Source: Escherichia phage AV123
Length of the DNA: 64,000 nucleotides
Sequence record: OR352953.1
Strand: one strand, 5' to 3'
A model generated the notes under the pieces. That model saw only the letters and a program-made list of their open reading frames with translations. It was not told where the DNA came from and did no database searches. The position numbers and the translations under genes were made by a program. This document shows, piece by piece, positions 35,533 through 44,992 of this stretch; the stretch's first letter is position 1, and each line of letters starts with the position of its first letter.

Positions 35533-35943
35533 ATGTTCAAATGGTTAAAAGAGTTTCTAACATCTTTGGCAGAACCTAAGCAAGATGTTATTAAAAGCTC
35601 TATCACAGGAAAACCGCTTGTTATAGTTACAGGCGGTTTTGGTCATGGGTTTTCTCTTAAACAAACAGATATAGGTTTACAGGGATCTTTGATTAGTTTT
35701 AGAATCACCCAACTAGGAGATAATAGACAAACAATCTTAGACCTTTTCAATGGGGAATTTGATGACTATTTATCCAAGAGTGGTAAAGAACGTCTGATCG
35801 AGCATATAAAACACCGCTATGAGCATGGTGGTTACTACTTAGATACAAAACGTAATGCACAAGGTGATCTTGACATAGTTCGTATAGCGTGGGATAATGA
35901 ATTTAAAACTAAACTTGGTAAACTTCTGGAGGAGTTATGGTAA
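35533..35943 (+). CDS. hypothetical protein
   Basis: 136 aa; AGGAGAG RBS; preceded by two GC hairpins. Confidence 0.55.
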   Translation: MFKWLKEFLTSLAEPKQDVIKSSITGKPLVIVTGGFGHGFSLKQTDIGLQGSLISFRITQLGDNRQTILDLFNGEFDDYLSKSGKERLIEHIKHRYEHGGYYLDTKRNAQGDLDIVRIAWDNEFKTKLGKLLEELW

Positions 35944-36119
35944 ATATTAAAACAGGTGATATTGTACGTCTTGCCAGTGAAGAAATGTTAATGACTGTAA
36001 TGGTATCTACCTATGATACTTGCGAAGTGGTATGGTTTGATGTTAATGAACAACTACAGAAAGCTACATTTGATAAACGTATGCTTCGTAAAGTTGAAGA
36101 AGTGAAGGAGGAAGAATAA
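35937..36119 (+). CDS. small hypothetical protein
   Basis: 60 aa; GGAGGAG RBS. Confidence 0.45.
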   Translation: MVNIKTGDIVRLASEEMLMTVMVSTYDTCEVVWFDVNEQLQKATFDKRMLRKVEEVKEEE

Positions 36120-36120
36120 T

Positions 36121-36333
36121 ATGACAATGTTGCTTCGTATGTTTGTGTTTCTTATGTTCTGGATTATCGTTGGTAACGGTATTGTGTTTTTGATTTTTCC
36201 TGAAGTAATGACAGGTAATGAAAATAAGGCAGTGCCTTACATTATGCTTATCGGTTACGGTATTGGTACACTTGGATTACTGTTTGCTGACTGGTTAGTC
36301 AATACTTTGTTCTCTAAGTACAGGAACAACTAA
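36121..36333 (+). CDS. small membrane protein
   Basis: 70 aa, two hydrophobic helices. Confidence 0.5.
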   Translation: MTMLLRMFVFLMFWIIVGNGIVFLIFPEVMTGNENKAVPYIMLIGYGIGTLGLLFADWLVNTLFSKYRNN

Positions 36334-36334
36334 T

Positions 36335-36607
36335 ATGTCGGAAAAATTACCTAATGTTTTCTTTTGTTTTGTAGATTGTGTTACACAAGAAATTATAGTT
36401 GACGAAGAAGGTATGTTTACTTATTTTGCATCTGAAGAAGAGGCAAAACTATCAGCTATGAAATGTATAAGCCAATTGTCAGTACCTGCTGTCAACAGGT
36501 TCGGTATTGCACAGGTGTATAAAACAGTAACAGAGTTTACACCAGATCGAAAACTAACTTTTCTTAACGTTCACTTTGTTTGTAAGTTTAGTGAACTACG
36601 ACATTAA
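36335..36607 (+). CDS. hypothetical protein
   Basis: 90 aa. Confidence 0.5.
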   Translation: MSEKLPNVFFCFVDCVTQEIIVDEEGMFTYFASEEEAKLSAMKCISQLSVPAVNRFGIAQVYKTVTEFTPDRKLTFLNVHFVCKFSELRH

Positions 36608-36620
36608 ATCAGGAGTAAAA

Positions 36621-37220
36621 ATGAAAGAATATTGGAGTGGTGAGAAGGGCTTACTAAAGCCAGGAATGCTTTTGCGAGTGAAGAACATGTTGATCACACA
36701 AGATTACATAATGCCTAATCCTGGAGCATTAGTAGAATTCCTTACTGCGCGAGATCAACCTGGGGTTGGTGAAATGTGGATAGTAACGTGGATATCTCTC
36801 GATGGTAAATTGCGCGTTGCTCCTATTGACCCAAAACACCTAGAATCTCCTTACGCCAGTATTGATCCTCGGATCATAGATTTGGCTAGAGTTTATAAAG
36901 CTCGTACTGGTGTAGAATTAAATGTGGAAATTTTAAATCAATGTATTGACTTCTTACCGGAAAAAGTGCATAATGCACAACAAGAAGGTAACGGTTTAGA
37001 AGTTGTTCTTCTTAATGATGGGATGTTCTCTGGTTTGGCATCCGTAGATTTTCCAATAACATTAAGATTGTTACCTGGAGAATATGTACTGGATGAAGAT
37101 ACTATTGCTATATCCTCTAAAATTTTAGAACTCATTCCAGGTGCAAGGTGTGTTGGTGATACATCTTCCTTGCTGTTTACTCTGAATGAAGAAGCCATTA
37201 TAGTTAAAAAGGAGAAGTAA
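36621..37220 (+). CDS. hypothetical protein
   Basis: start reset to ATG 36621 (AGGAG RBS). Confidence 0.55.
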   Translation: MKEYWSGEKGLLKPGMLLRVKNMLITQDYIMPNPGALVEFLTARDQPGVGEMWIVTWISLDGKLRVAPIDPKHLESPYASIDPRIIDLARVYKARTGVELNVEILNQCIDFLPEKVHNAQQEGNGLEVVLLNDGMFSGLASVDFPITLRLLPGEYVLDEDTIAISSKILELIPGARCVGDTSSLLFTLNEEAIIVKKEK

Positions 37221-37325
37221 ATGATGACGTTTATTGTTGGTGTTGTTGTTGGTTATTTTGGTCACAAGTACCAGGATGTTATCATCGCTAAAGTTGACGA
37301 AGTAATCGAAAAATTTAAACACTAA
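37221..37325 (+). CDS. hydrophobic micro-protein (34 aa)
   Basis: hand-translated; AAAGGAGAAG RBS. Confidence 0.35.
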   Translation: MMTFIVGVVVGYFGHKYQDVIIAKVDEVIEKFKH

Positions 37326-37333
37326 TTTTTTAA

Positions 37334-37362
37334 AAGGCTGTACTGCTGTGCAGCCTATCTTT
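37334..37362 (+). terminator. candidate terminator or RNA hairpin
   Basis: GGCTGTACTGCTGTGCAGCC then TATCTTTC. Confidence 0.35.
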
Positions 37363-37376
37363 CAAAGGAGAGTAAA

Positions 37377-37550
37377 ATGTTCAAAGATACCAATTATAAA
37401 TGTGTACATTGTGGTAAATCTTTTGGTGATCACAAAGCTAAAACATTCAATTGTCCACGAAAAGGGCGGGGTAGCTTTAAAGGTTTTAATCCATCCCACG
37501 TTTATTCTCCCAACTACGAGAAACCAGAAGAAGAAAAATTTGTAATCTGA
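37377..37550 (+). CDS. small zinc-ribbon protein (57 aa)
   Basis: hand-translated; CVHCG...NCPRKG; AAAGGAGAG RBS; track ORF 37348-37545 is the wrong frame. Confidence 0.45.
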   Translation: MFKDTNYKCVHCGKSFGDHKAKTFNCPRKGRGSFKGFNPSHVYSPNYEKPEEEKFVI

Positions 37551-37559
37551 GGAGGCAAT

Positions 37560-37847
37560 ATGGAACTAGTGCAAGAAGTTTATGAAAAACTGAAAGAAGA
37601 GAATCTTGATTGGCCTGAACATGCTCTTATTGTCGTCAAAGATACTAATGGTGAAATAAAATTCTCAAGTGTAAGTGAAGATGATGTTGTTTTAAGTCCT
37701 ACAGGATATTATATGAGAGGTGTTACGTGTCTATTCAACACCAAAGTGTATCCTGAAATTAAACTTAGTTACGGTGAACCTGATCATCCAGAAATCGTTA
37801 CACGTAATGAATATGAAAATTATTATTTTGCTCGTGAAAGCAAATAA
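37560..37847 (+). CDS. hypothetical protein
   Basis: 95 aa; GAGGAGG RBS. Confidence 0.55.
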   Translation: MELVQEVYEKLKEENLDWPEHALIVVKDTNGEIKFSSVSEDDVVLSPTGYYMRGVTCLFNTKVYPEIKLSYGEPDHPEIVTRNEYENYYFARESK

Positions 37848-37855
37848 GGAAAACT

Positions 37856-38179
37856 ATGCAAAAAATAAACACTGGTTCTCGTCATAAACAGAAGCAAACA
37901 AAAGCAAGGGTATCTTATGTTGACAACTCTTGTTATAATTTCAAAAATGTTAAAGAAGTTATCATTGATGAAAAAGAAGGTTTGATTCACATTTCATCTG
38001 AACGTTTGAAAGGTAGTGTTACTCTTCGTGAGAATGTATCTATACCTATGAAAGTTGTGGCTACACTCTGTGTTGATAAACCAGATGTTGTTAACTACTA
38101 TGTGTTCCGTGATAGTTGTATTTCATTACATAATAAGATTTTTAAATCTTCGCACGTTAAAACAAAACACATTGTATAA
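37856..38179 (+). CDS. hypothetical protein
   Basis: 107 aa. Confidence 0.55.
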   Translation: MQKINTGSRHKQKQTKARVSYVDNSCYNFKNVKEVIIDEKEGLIHISSERLKGSVTLRENVSIPMKVVATLCVDKPDVVNYYVFRDSCISLHNKIFKSSHVKTKHIV

Positions 38180-38185
38180 CACATA

Positions 38186-38208
38186 AACCCGCTTCGGCGG
38201 GTTTTCTT
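38186..38208 (+). terminator. rho-independent terminator
   Basis: CCCGCTTCGGCGGG then TTTTCTT. Confidence 0.65.
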
Positions 38209-38253
38209 GTATGTGTGTTTTTATTTGTCTTAGCATAAACAATAGGAGGTATT

Positions 38254-38475
38254 ATGTCTGTAGTTGTAGAAGGTAGTATTGGTTTCTTAGTAGATAACCC
38301 TCACCCTTTCGTGGTTAAGGTTCATATTCAAGAAAAGGTAAGCAACAATACGTGGTTGTGCTTGTTAGATAGTAAGATACACTCTTATACAGAGGTTTAT
38401 CTTCATACTTGGCAAATTGGTACGATAACAGCAGAGGATGAATTGATAATTGAATTATATGAACGAGATCTATAG
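38254..38475 (+). CDS. hypothetical protein
   Basis: 73 aa; AGGAGG RBS. Confidence 0.55.
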   Translation: MSVVVEGSIGFLVDNPHPFVVKVHIQEKVSNNTWLCLLDSKIHSYTEVYLHTWQIGTITAEDELIIELYERDL

Positions 38476-38549
38476 ATGACTTTACTAGAGAGTATCGTAG
38501 TGTTAATCATCTTTATCATTGTTGTCATAGGATATTTTACAGAGGACTA

Positions 38550-38588
38550 AAATAAAGCCCCTAGAATCACTTCTAGGGGCTTTTGTTT
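38550..38588. terminator. bidirectional terminator between convergent blocks
   Basis: AGCCCCTAGAATCACTTCTAGGGGCT flanked by A-run and T-run. Confidence 0.6.
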
Positions 38589-38650
38589 GCATTAGATAGG
38601 GAAACGTATTACTAAAATAAAAAGTGCGTTAGAATGCGTTACAGGAGGTT

Positions 38651-38908
38651 TTAGGAATGCATAAAATCTTCTTCAGGGCAGGTTGAGAGATAAGAGATGC
38701 ACGTTGGGACAACAACAACATTATCTTTAAGGTTTGCAACCAAGCCTTTTGTAATTCCAGCCACTGCTCCGTTAATATCTGCTTGACGGATACCAAAACC
38801 TTGTTGTGCGGATAGATAACAAAATCCCTCACCTTTCTGTTGATTATTATTGAAGTAATAAACGTAGTGCATCATAAAATGGTCTTTAACGATTTGTTCT
38901 GTGGTCAT
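38651..38908 (-). CDS. hypothetical protein
   Basis: 85 aa; AGGAG RBS. Confidence 0.5.
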   Translation of the reverse strand: MTTEQIVKDHFMMHYVYYFNNNQQKGEGFCYLSAQQGFGIRQADINGAVAGITKGLVANLKDNVVVVPTCISYLSTCPEEDFMHS

Positions 38909-38917
38909 AATATTCTC

Positions 38918-38945
38918 CTATAAGAAAAGGGGCTTTCGCCCCTTG
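38918..38945 (-). terminator. rho-independent terminator (minus strand)
   Basis: GGGGCGAAAGCCCC then T-run on minus strand. Confidence 0.5.
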
Positions 38946-38951
38946 GTCAAG

Positions 38952-39764
38952 TTACTTAGTCAAATGATCTTCTATCATTTTTATGAAAGCAGGATTGCTA
39001 AAAGCATCTGCTGCCTTTTCTCTATAAACAAAGACTCCTCTATCTTCGTAAAGAAGAGTTTCTTCGTAATTAATTCCTGGGTTAACAACAATCATTTTTG
39101 TACCCATAGTAAGTGCAGGGAATAATTCCCAATTAAAATTGATAACTTGGTTTGAACATCCTACTACAACAACCAAATCTTGCATGGTCAAAGTATCAAA
39201 CAAGTGAGCCATATCTGCATACAAAGGTGCAGCCTCACCAAAAAATACAACATTAGGCTTCACCCAGTTATAATCATCTATGTTTATACTATTGTAACCA
39301 ATGTCTACCAGTGTTTTGTAATCTCCAGGATGCATACGGTAAACTACTTCAGGGAGATACCCGTGCACGTGAATAACAGAATCCCTGTCCACACCTGCTC
39401 GCTCTAGTAGATCATCGACGTTTGTTGTCAAGTTTACTACTTGGTTAGGATATTCCTTAAACCACTTTGCTATTTGAATATGTGCAGCATTAGGTTGTAC
39501 ATCTTTAAGCTCAACACGTCTTTTGTTATAAAATTCGTGTGTTTTGGCATATAAGTCCATACCGTTCTCGTCTACACCACCGACCACTGGAAGATCTGGA
39601 GATGTTCTCACACGATAACCTGCTTGGAAAGCTCCAATATCGCAGACCTCTTCTAAGTCATATTCTTCCCATAAGGCACGACCACTATCTGTGTCTGTTC
39701 GGAACGTTCGAATCCCACTGTCTGCACTTAAACCTGCGCCACTAACAAAAATTACTCTTCGCAT
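38952..39764 (-). CDS. Sir2-family NAD-dependent deacylase/ADP-ribosyltransferase-like protein
   Basis: GAGLSADSGIRTFR, TTNVDDL, HVHG, VVVVGCS sirtuin motifs; 270 aa. Confidence 0.7.
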   Translation of the reverse strand: MRRVIFVSGAGLSADSGIRTFRTDTDSGRALWEEYDLEEVCDIGAFQAGYRVRTSPDLPVVGGVDENGMDLYAKTHEFYNKRRVELKDVQPNAAHIQIAKWFKEYPNQVVNLTTNVDDLLERAGVDRDSVIHVHGYLPEVVYRMHPGDYKTLVDIGYNSINIDDYNWVKPNVVFFGEAAPLYADMAHLFDTLTMQDLVVVVGCSNQVINFNWELFPALTMGTKMIVVNPGINYEETLLYEDRGVFVYREKAADAFSNPAFIKMIEDHLTK

Positions 39765-39775
39765 TCAATATCCTC

Positions 39776-40306
39776 TTAGTAATCATCATCCCAAGAAGAT
39801 GCGTCGTAACGCTCTTCCTCTTCGAAATCCCAATTAATTTCTACTCCAAAATCTAAAAACAATTTAACAATGTTTTCTGTAGAGTAGTATTTATCATAAG
39901 CATTAGCTAGTTCCCAATACTTGTCACTCAATTTTTTATATTTAGGATCATTATAGTCATAATCTACTTTATAACCATAATCATACATCTCTTGTTCAGC
40001 TTTAAGCATAGCTTCTGGTGTAAGAAGATTAGGGAACGGACGATTTCTTTCTTTTAACTTAGAAGCAATCCAGTTTGCAACATTCGCCACTTCACCATCT
40101 CGATTATCACCTAAACAACTTGCATAATCTCCATCTTCGTAAGTGCCTAAATCCCCACTAACTTCATGTACAATAGACGAATACGATCCACACGTTTCAC
40201 AATCTGAAAAAGTGTCTACTGTTGTAATATCAATAGATAAAACTGGTAAAGCCATAGCTTCTTTCACACAAGCCTCCTCATATAATAACATGTCATCAAA
40301 ACCCAT
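39776..40306 (-). CDS. acidic hypothetical protein
   Basis: start reset from TTG 40321 to ATG 40304-40306 (GGAGGA RBS). Confidence 0.5.
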   Translation of the reverse strand: MGFDDMLLYEEACVKEAMALPVLSIDITTVDTFSDCETCGSYSSIVHEVSGDLGTYEDGDYASCLGDNRDGEVANVANWIASKLKERNRPFPNLLTPEAMLKAEQEMYDYGYKVDYDYNDPKYKKLSDKYWELANAYDKYYSTENIVKLFLDFGVEINWDFEEEERYDASSWDDDY

Positions 40307-40320
40307 ATATCCTCCAGACA

Positions 40321-40345
40321 AATAAAGCCCCTGCTTGGGGCTTTG
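40321..40345 (-). terminator. rho-independent terminator (minus strand)
   Basis: AGCCCCAAGCAGGGGCT then TTATTT on minus strand. Confidence 0.5.
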
Positions 40346-40360
40346 GTTAAGTTTTACGGA

Positions 40361-40972
40361 TTATACCAGACTTTTAAGGTACTTGTCAAGGGCTTCTTGA
40401 TCACCTTGACAAACATAGCAACGGAAGTCTTGAGCAGAAGGTTCTTTGTCCTCGTCCCAATCCCAATAGACAGTACCTTTATAGCGTGAGCCTGGGAACT
40501 CGAAGTATGCCACATGAGTAATATGGTGTGGGCCACCCCAAAATTCTGTAAAAGTAAATTGAGGATACGCTGCTTTAACTGTATTCTCAAACCAAGTTTT
40601 ACGATCTAATGCTTCGTTTATAAAATAAGCATGGCGTTCCATTTCATCCCAATCTTTCCAAACGCATTTTTCATCCAGAGAAAAAACAAAATCTTCACTG
40701 TTAAAATCGTCTGTATCTGATTCCAAAATATCATAATCATGTGCACTAGGTATCCACCATCCAGCTTCTAATAGTGCTTTTGCAGGTACAAAACCTTTTT
40801 CAGCATATTGATCAAATTCTTTTACTCTACGTACAGTGCAGTATTCATCTTCACCACCAATGTCCAGTAGACAAGCACCTTTGCGTCTTGCTGCAAGACC
40901 ATGTGTATCAAAAACTACAACACTACCTTCACCGTCTTCACGATCTACTTGATATGCAACTTTTTGAGTCAT
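40361..40972 (-). CDS. hypothetical protein
   Basis: 203 aa; GGGGG RBS. Confidence 0.6.
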   Translation of the reverse strand: MTQKVAYQVDREDGEGSVVVFDTHGLAARRKGACLLDIGGEDEYCTVRRVKEFDQYAEKGFVPAKALLEAGWWIPSAHDYDILESDTDDFNSEDFVFSLDEKCVWKDWDEMERHAYFINEALDRKTWFENTVKAAYPQFTFTEFWGGPHHITHVAYFEFPGSRYKGTVYWDWDEDKEPSAQDFRCYVCQGDQEALDKYLKSLV

Positions 40973-40973
40973 A

Positions 40974-41111
40974 TTACCCCCAATGTATATGGGAAATTAA
41001 CCAAAAGATAAATTCCCAAAAACACCAACCAAGAAAAGTTAATGGAATTATAAAGGCTATCAGAGCAGTCTTCCAGCCTTTCCACAATGTTTCCACTATT
41101 CCTCCATACAT
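40974..41111 (-). CDS. small membrane protein (45 aa), tentative
   Basis: hand-translated; overlaps 3' end of methyltransferase gene by 16 nt; weak RBS. Confidence 0.3.
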   Translation of the reverse strand: MYGGIVETLWKGWKTALIAFIIPLTFLGWCFWEFIFWLISHIHWG

Positions 41112-42085
41112 TTAAGAATATGTGCAATGACAGGTATAGTCCAACCGTTACCTAACATCTTATATGCTTGTGTGTTACTACTCACTTTAAAGTAGTCATC
41201 TGGCACACCTTGCAAACGGCAACACTCTTTAACGGTTAACTTTCTATAATGTACGCCTTCACTCAATTTTTCAAAAGCATCTAAATATCTTCCAGGTGGA
41301 ATGTAAGCTAATAGTACGTCTTTCGGCACAGTCGTGAGGCAACGAGTTTTTTCACTGTCCTGAACTTCCAAACAATGTACCAAACGATCAGTTTTAGATG
41401 TACTACGTTTGCCATTTTCATTAATTCTACGCCCATATATTGCTGCTGGATAAAAAACCAGTTGTCTGCGACTCTTTTCAAAATACTGTTCTATATTGCC
41501 ACCTTTGGCATAATTTGCATCTATGCAATAAGCCTTATCTCTGTCTACAATACTATCATCTTCAATGATATCTTGCAATACTTCATTGGTAATCTCCCAG
41601 GGTTTTATTTCCCAGTTGCACCAGTATAAACGTTGTCTATTCTGTGCCGTGAAATCTGCGGAGTTAATGAATACGGGATCAACACCTAAGTAACTTGTGA
41701 TCACGTTTTCCCACTCCACTTTCATCTTAACGTTTTCAAGCATGAACTTAACATTAGGGTTAAACTTTTTAATATGTTCAAGAATTTCAACATATTCGAA
41801 GAATAGCTTAGATCGCGGATCTTGAAAGTTCAAACCCTTACCAGAAGAAGAGAAGCCTTGACACGGACTACCACCTAACAAAAGATCAATTTCTCCCCAC
41901 GGGATATCCCATTCTCTCCATTTTGTAACATCACCTAACTGAATAATATCTGGAAAATTTGCTTGGCTTTCAGCTATGGCAAATTTGTCTAATTCTGAAG
42001 CATAATATGTATCTACTTCAATACCTGCACTTTTTAGCGCAAGCATTCCTCCTGACATACCATCAAAAAGACTTAAAACTTTCAT
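41096..42085 (-). CDS. DNA cytosine-5 methyltransferase
   Basis: motif I LFDGMSGG, motif IV GGSPCQGFS, motif VI ENV; 329 aa. Confidence 0.85.
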   Translation of the reverse strand: MKVLSLFDGMSGGMLALKSAGIEVDTYYASELDKFAIAESQANFPDIIQLGDVTKWREWDIPWGEIDLLLGGSPCQGFSSSGKGLNFQDPRSKLFFEYVEILEHIKKFNPNVKFMLENVKMKVEWENVITSYLGVDPVFINSADFTAQNRQRLYWCNWEIKPWEITNEVLQDIIEDDSIVDRDKAYCIDANYAKGGNIEQYFEKSRRQLVFYPAAIYGRRINENGKRSTSKTDRLVHCLEVQDSEKTRCLTTVPKDVLLAYIPPGRYLDAFEKLSEGVHYRKLTVKECCRLQGVPDDYFKVSSNTQAYKMLGNGWTIPVIAHILKCMEE

Positions 42086-42087
42086 TA

Positions 42088-42498
42088 TTACTTCTTCTCC
42101 TTAACACTAGCTGGTAATTCTGCCTTGAGGCAGAAGTTTAAACGGTAAGCCTCATTCTCATTTAAAAGTACAGATTCACACGATAACCAGAACAAGAGAT
42201 CCTCAATACTAGGACTGTTAAGCCAACAGTGCAGAAGAGAATGTTGTTCTATATCAATGTAATTTAGTAACAAGGCTTGTAAGGCGTAACTAGTTCCTGT
42301 CGTTTTTGCTTTTTCAAGGATGATATTGTGTTTATTAACAACTTTCTTCCTAAGACCAAACCATTTATTAACAACAACAGTCTCTTCTTGTAGTTGTTTT
42401 CTTATTTTCTCACATTCTTTAACTACAATCTGCATCTTATCCACTGCTGATTGAAGTTGTTCTTTTGTTGGGTTTACAAAATAATCACTATAATACAT
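42088..42498 (-). CDS. hypothetical protein
   Basis: 136 aa; GAGGAG RBS. Confidence 0.55.
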   Translation of the reverse strand: MYYSDYFVNPTKEQLQSAVDKMQIVVKECEKIRKQLQEETVVVNKWFGLRKKVVNKHNIILEKAKTTGTSYALQALLLNYIDIEQHSLLHCWLNSPSIEDLLFWLSCESVLLNENEAYRLNFCLKAELPASVKEKK

Positions 42499-42551
42499 GC
42501 TAATCTCCTCTTCTGTTTTTCTGTAGTTTATTCGAAAAAACTGGTGTTGTC

Positions 42552-42578
42552 AACAAAAAACCCGCCGAAGCGGGTTTA
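42552..42578 (-). terminator. rho-independent terminator (minus strand)
   Basis: AACCCGCTTCGGCGGGTT then TTTTTT on minus strand. Confidence 0.65.
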
Positions 42579-42580
42579 TA

Positions 42581-42838
42581 TTATTCTACAGGAACTTCTT
42601 CACCAAAAGAAACTTCTAAACGGAATGCTTTACTTTCAATACACTCACTACCTTTTAGAAAATCAAATTGCACTATAGACTGACTTAATAGGATAGATAG
42701 AATCACATCGCAATCTTCACTAGGAGCTAGATGTTTGTATTCTTCCTTCAAGGTAACATCATAAAAACATAAATCCCCTACTCCTAGTTCATCCCATCCT
42801 TCCCACGCATCTACAAAGTTAAACTCTAAACCTTTCAT
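42581..42838 (-). CDS. hypothetical protein
   Basis: 85 aa; GAGGAGG RBS. Confidence 0.55.
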   Translation of the reverse strand: MKGLEFNFVDAWEGWDELGVGDLCFYDVTLKEEYKHLAPSEDCDVILSILLSQSIVQFDFLKGSECIESKAFRLEVSFGEEVPVE

Positions 42839-43359
42839 ACAACCTCCTCGTAGTTGTTATTGTGTTTTACTGTCTCAACATACAATAAAGATTCCATCTG
42901 TAATACATTACCAGAAATAATAAACCCATAAGCCATTTCAGATGTGTCTATATCATATGCCCCGTCTTCCGGTTTAGCAAAGTGTAAAACTATTTCATCC
43001 GGGTTTTCTTCATCCCATAGTTTAGAAATTTTCCGAACCAGAATGTTAGCTAAAATAGTTGACATTCGGGATAAAGCTGTATCCTCATATCTTTTAAAAC
43101 CTAGCCAATAGAGGTTAAGAATTTCTACTTCTTCTTGTGTTAAGTTTTTGTCTAAAGTAATCAGATCTGTAGAGCACGGCGTTTTTGTTGAACCTACTGT
43201 TACAAAACCTGGAGTGTTATGAAAAACAATCTTAACTTTATCACGTATAAAGTTTAAACCTTGTGCCTCAACTATATATTGTATTGTAGGTACAATATCG
43301 TTTGTTACATCAATAAAACTATCTTTAATGACGCTTATATTATTTCTGGACAAGACCAT
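42835..43359 (-). CDS. hypothetical protein
   Basis: 174 aa; AGAGGAGA RBS. Confidence 0.55.
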   Translation of the reverse strand: MVLSRNNISVIKDSFIDVTNDIVPTIQYIVEAQGLNFIRDKVKIVFHNTPGFVTVGSTKTPCSTDLITLDKNLTQEEVEILNLYWLGFKRYEDTALSRMSTILANILVRKISKLWDEENPDEIVLHFAKPEDGAYDIDTSEMAYGFIISGNVLQMESLLYVETVKHNNNYEEVV

Positions 43360-43918
43360 TCTCCTCTAAAATAGGCTTAATAAACTCGAAAATTTGTTTT
43401 TTACTTTTACCTCTAATATTAAAACAAGGAACATTAAACTTTTTAGCCAACATCCAAGCTGTTCTTGTACCACCTAAAGGATCTCCATTTTTATCTGTAT
43501 TTGCACAAGCTAAAAGAAAACAAGATGGTTTTGGATTCTCAAGATCTCTGCCAAGAACTTGGTGGATATTCCTTTGATGTAATTTTTTAGCACCTTGAGA
43601 TAATCTGTCCCAAGCCGGATGCAATTCTTTTGCATATTGTAAGGTTAAAGCATAGTTTACACTATCTGGTCTGTCAAGAACAATAACCTCTCCCTCTATT
43701 TCATTACCTTTAAACGAGAGCCAAGGGATGTATATTTCTTTCTTTGTATTGTTCCCACTATCATATACCCCGCATTCAAATGCGGAATCTGCACCTTCTG
43801 CTTTACCAGATCGCAAAATGAACCATGTAGATAACCATTTTGCAACAGATACCATAGTATCCCATTCTTCGTCTGTAATATCTCTGCTACCAACACCTGT
43901 GTAGAATAAATCGCTCAT
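43340..43918 (-). CDS. DprA/Smf-like Rossmann-fold (SLOG-type) protein
   Basis: GVGSRD...SGKAEGADSAFECG resembles DprA SGgA.G.D motif; start reset to ATG 43916-43918 (AAGGAG RBS). Confidence 0.4.
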   Translation of the reverse strand: MSDLFYTGVGSRDITDEEWDTMVSVAKWLSTWFILRSGKAEGADSAFECGVYDSGNNTKKEIYIPWLSFKGNEIEGEVIVLDRPDSVNYALTLQYAKELHPAWDRLSQGAKKLHQRNIHQVLGRDLENPKPSCFLLACANTDKNGDPLGGTRTAWMLAKKFNVPCFNIRGKSKKQIFEFIKPILEENGLVQK

Positions 43919-43928
43919 GGTTTTCTCC

Positions 43929-44249
43929 TTAACAAGTAATATTGGGAGTAACAATTGGATTAACAATTGGAGTAATAGGGTACGTAAACCAAGGGCTTCC
44001 AATTTCCCAAGGATTATAAGGTCTACGAGGATCAAATGGGGGAGTTACTTCAGGCTTTTTCCAAATCTCCGCTAGTTGTTTCTTCCATTTATCCCTTGCT
44101 GTCTCATTATCTTCATCCAACTGTTCATCATTATCTTTTATTTCTGGTTTTGGAAATAAAAGCTCTTTGACTAACTCAACATCTTCCGTCTCAATAGTAG
44201 TTTCTTTCGTAAGTTCTCCTACTGTTTCTTTAATTGTGATTTTATACAT
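43929..44249 (-). CDS. hypothetical protein
   Basis: 106 aa; GAGGAGG RBS. Confidence 0.55.
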   Translation of the reverse strand: MYKITIKETVGELTKETTIETEDVELVKELLFPKPEIKDNDEQLDEDNETARDKWKKQLAEIWKKPEVTPPFDPRRPYNPWEIGSPWFTYPITPIVNPIVTPNITC

Positions 44250-44992
44250 TAGTCCTCCTCTAAAGTAGAATAAAATTGTAACGTATTTGAATCATCAAAA
44301 TATGCAAAGGTTAAATTACCATTGAAGCAAGATCCTGTGTCCATATATACCCTATTACTGCTAATCACAGGTTTAGGAACATAAGAATGCCCGTGAAATA
44401 CATAATCTACTCCTGAAACCCTAGGAAGAAGAATTCCTTCAAGTGCGCAATCTATCATATCACGATCCCACATTAAAGATTCTGTGAATCGAGAAACTTG
44501 CTCTTTATTCATATTCAAACAAAATGGCAAAACTTCTGTCACTGGTAAATGTTCCAAAACTGAAGGATACCCACCGTGAATAAAGCCTAGTTTCATATTA
44601 CGATAATTGACAACAAGTACAACAGGTAAATCTTCTAGCATCAAAGCAAGAGCAGTTGCACCCTCTTCTCCACACTCGTCTAGAACTGTATGGCCTCCGT
44701 TCTGAAACCAACATTCGTAATATCGTCTATCACCTTCTAGCAACCCTTTAATCATCATATCTTCATGATTTCCACGAATACCATAACGATTTAGCTTTCT
44801 GGTGAATTCAACAACACAACGAAAATTCTGCTTGCCGCGATCTGTAAGATCTCCTAAAGATACAACAACATCTTGATCTCGGATACCTAAAGTATTAACA
44901 CCTTTCTGGTACAAATCAAAGCAACCATGTAAATCACCAATAATAAACAGGTCTTGATCATCTTTTACACTAATTTCTTGATATACTAGCAT
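44249..44992 (-). CDS. lambda-type Ser/Thr metallophosphatase
   Basis: GDLHG, GDLTDRG, GNHE motifs; start reset from TTG to ATG 44990-44992. Confidence 0.8.
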   Translation of the reverse strand: MLVYQEISVKDDQDLFIIGDLHGCFDLYQKGVNTLGIRDQDVVVSLGDLTDRGKQNFRCVVEFTRKLNRYGIRGNHEDMMIKGLLEGDRRYYECWFQNGGHTVLDECGEEGATALALMLEDLPVVLVVNYRNMKLGFIHGGYPSVLEHLPVTEVLPFCLNMNKEQVSRFTESLMWDRDMIDCALEGILLPRVSGVDYVFHGHSYVPKPVISSNRVYMDTGSCFNGNLTFAYFDDSNTLQFYSTLEED

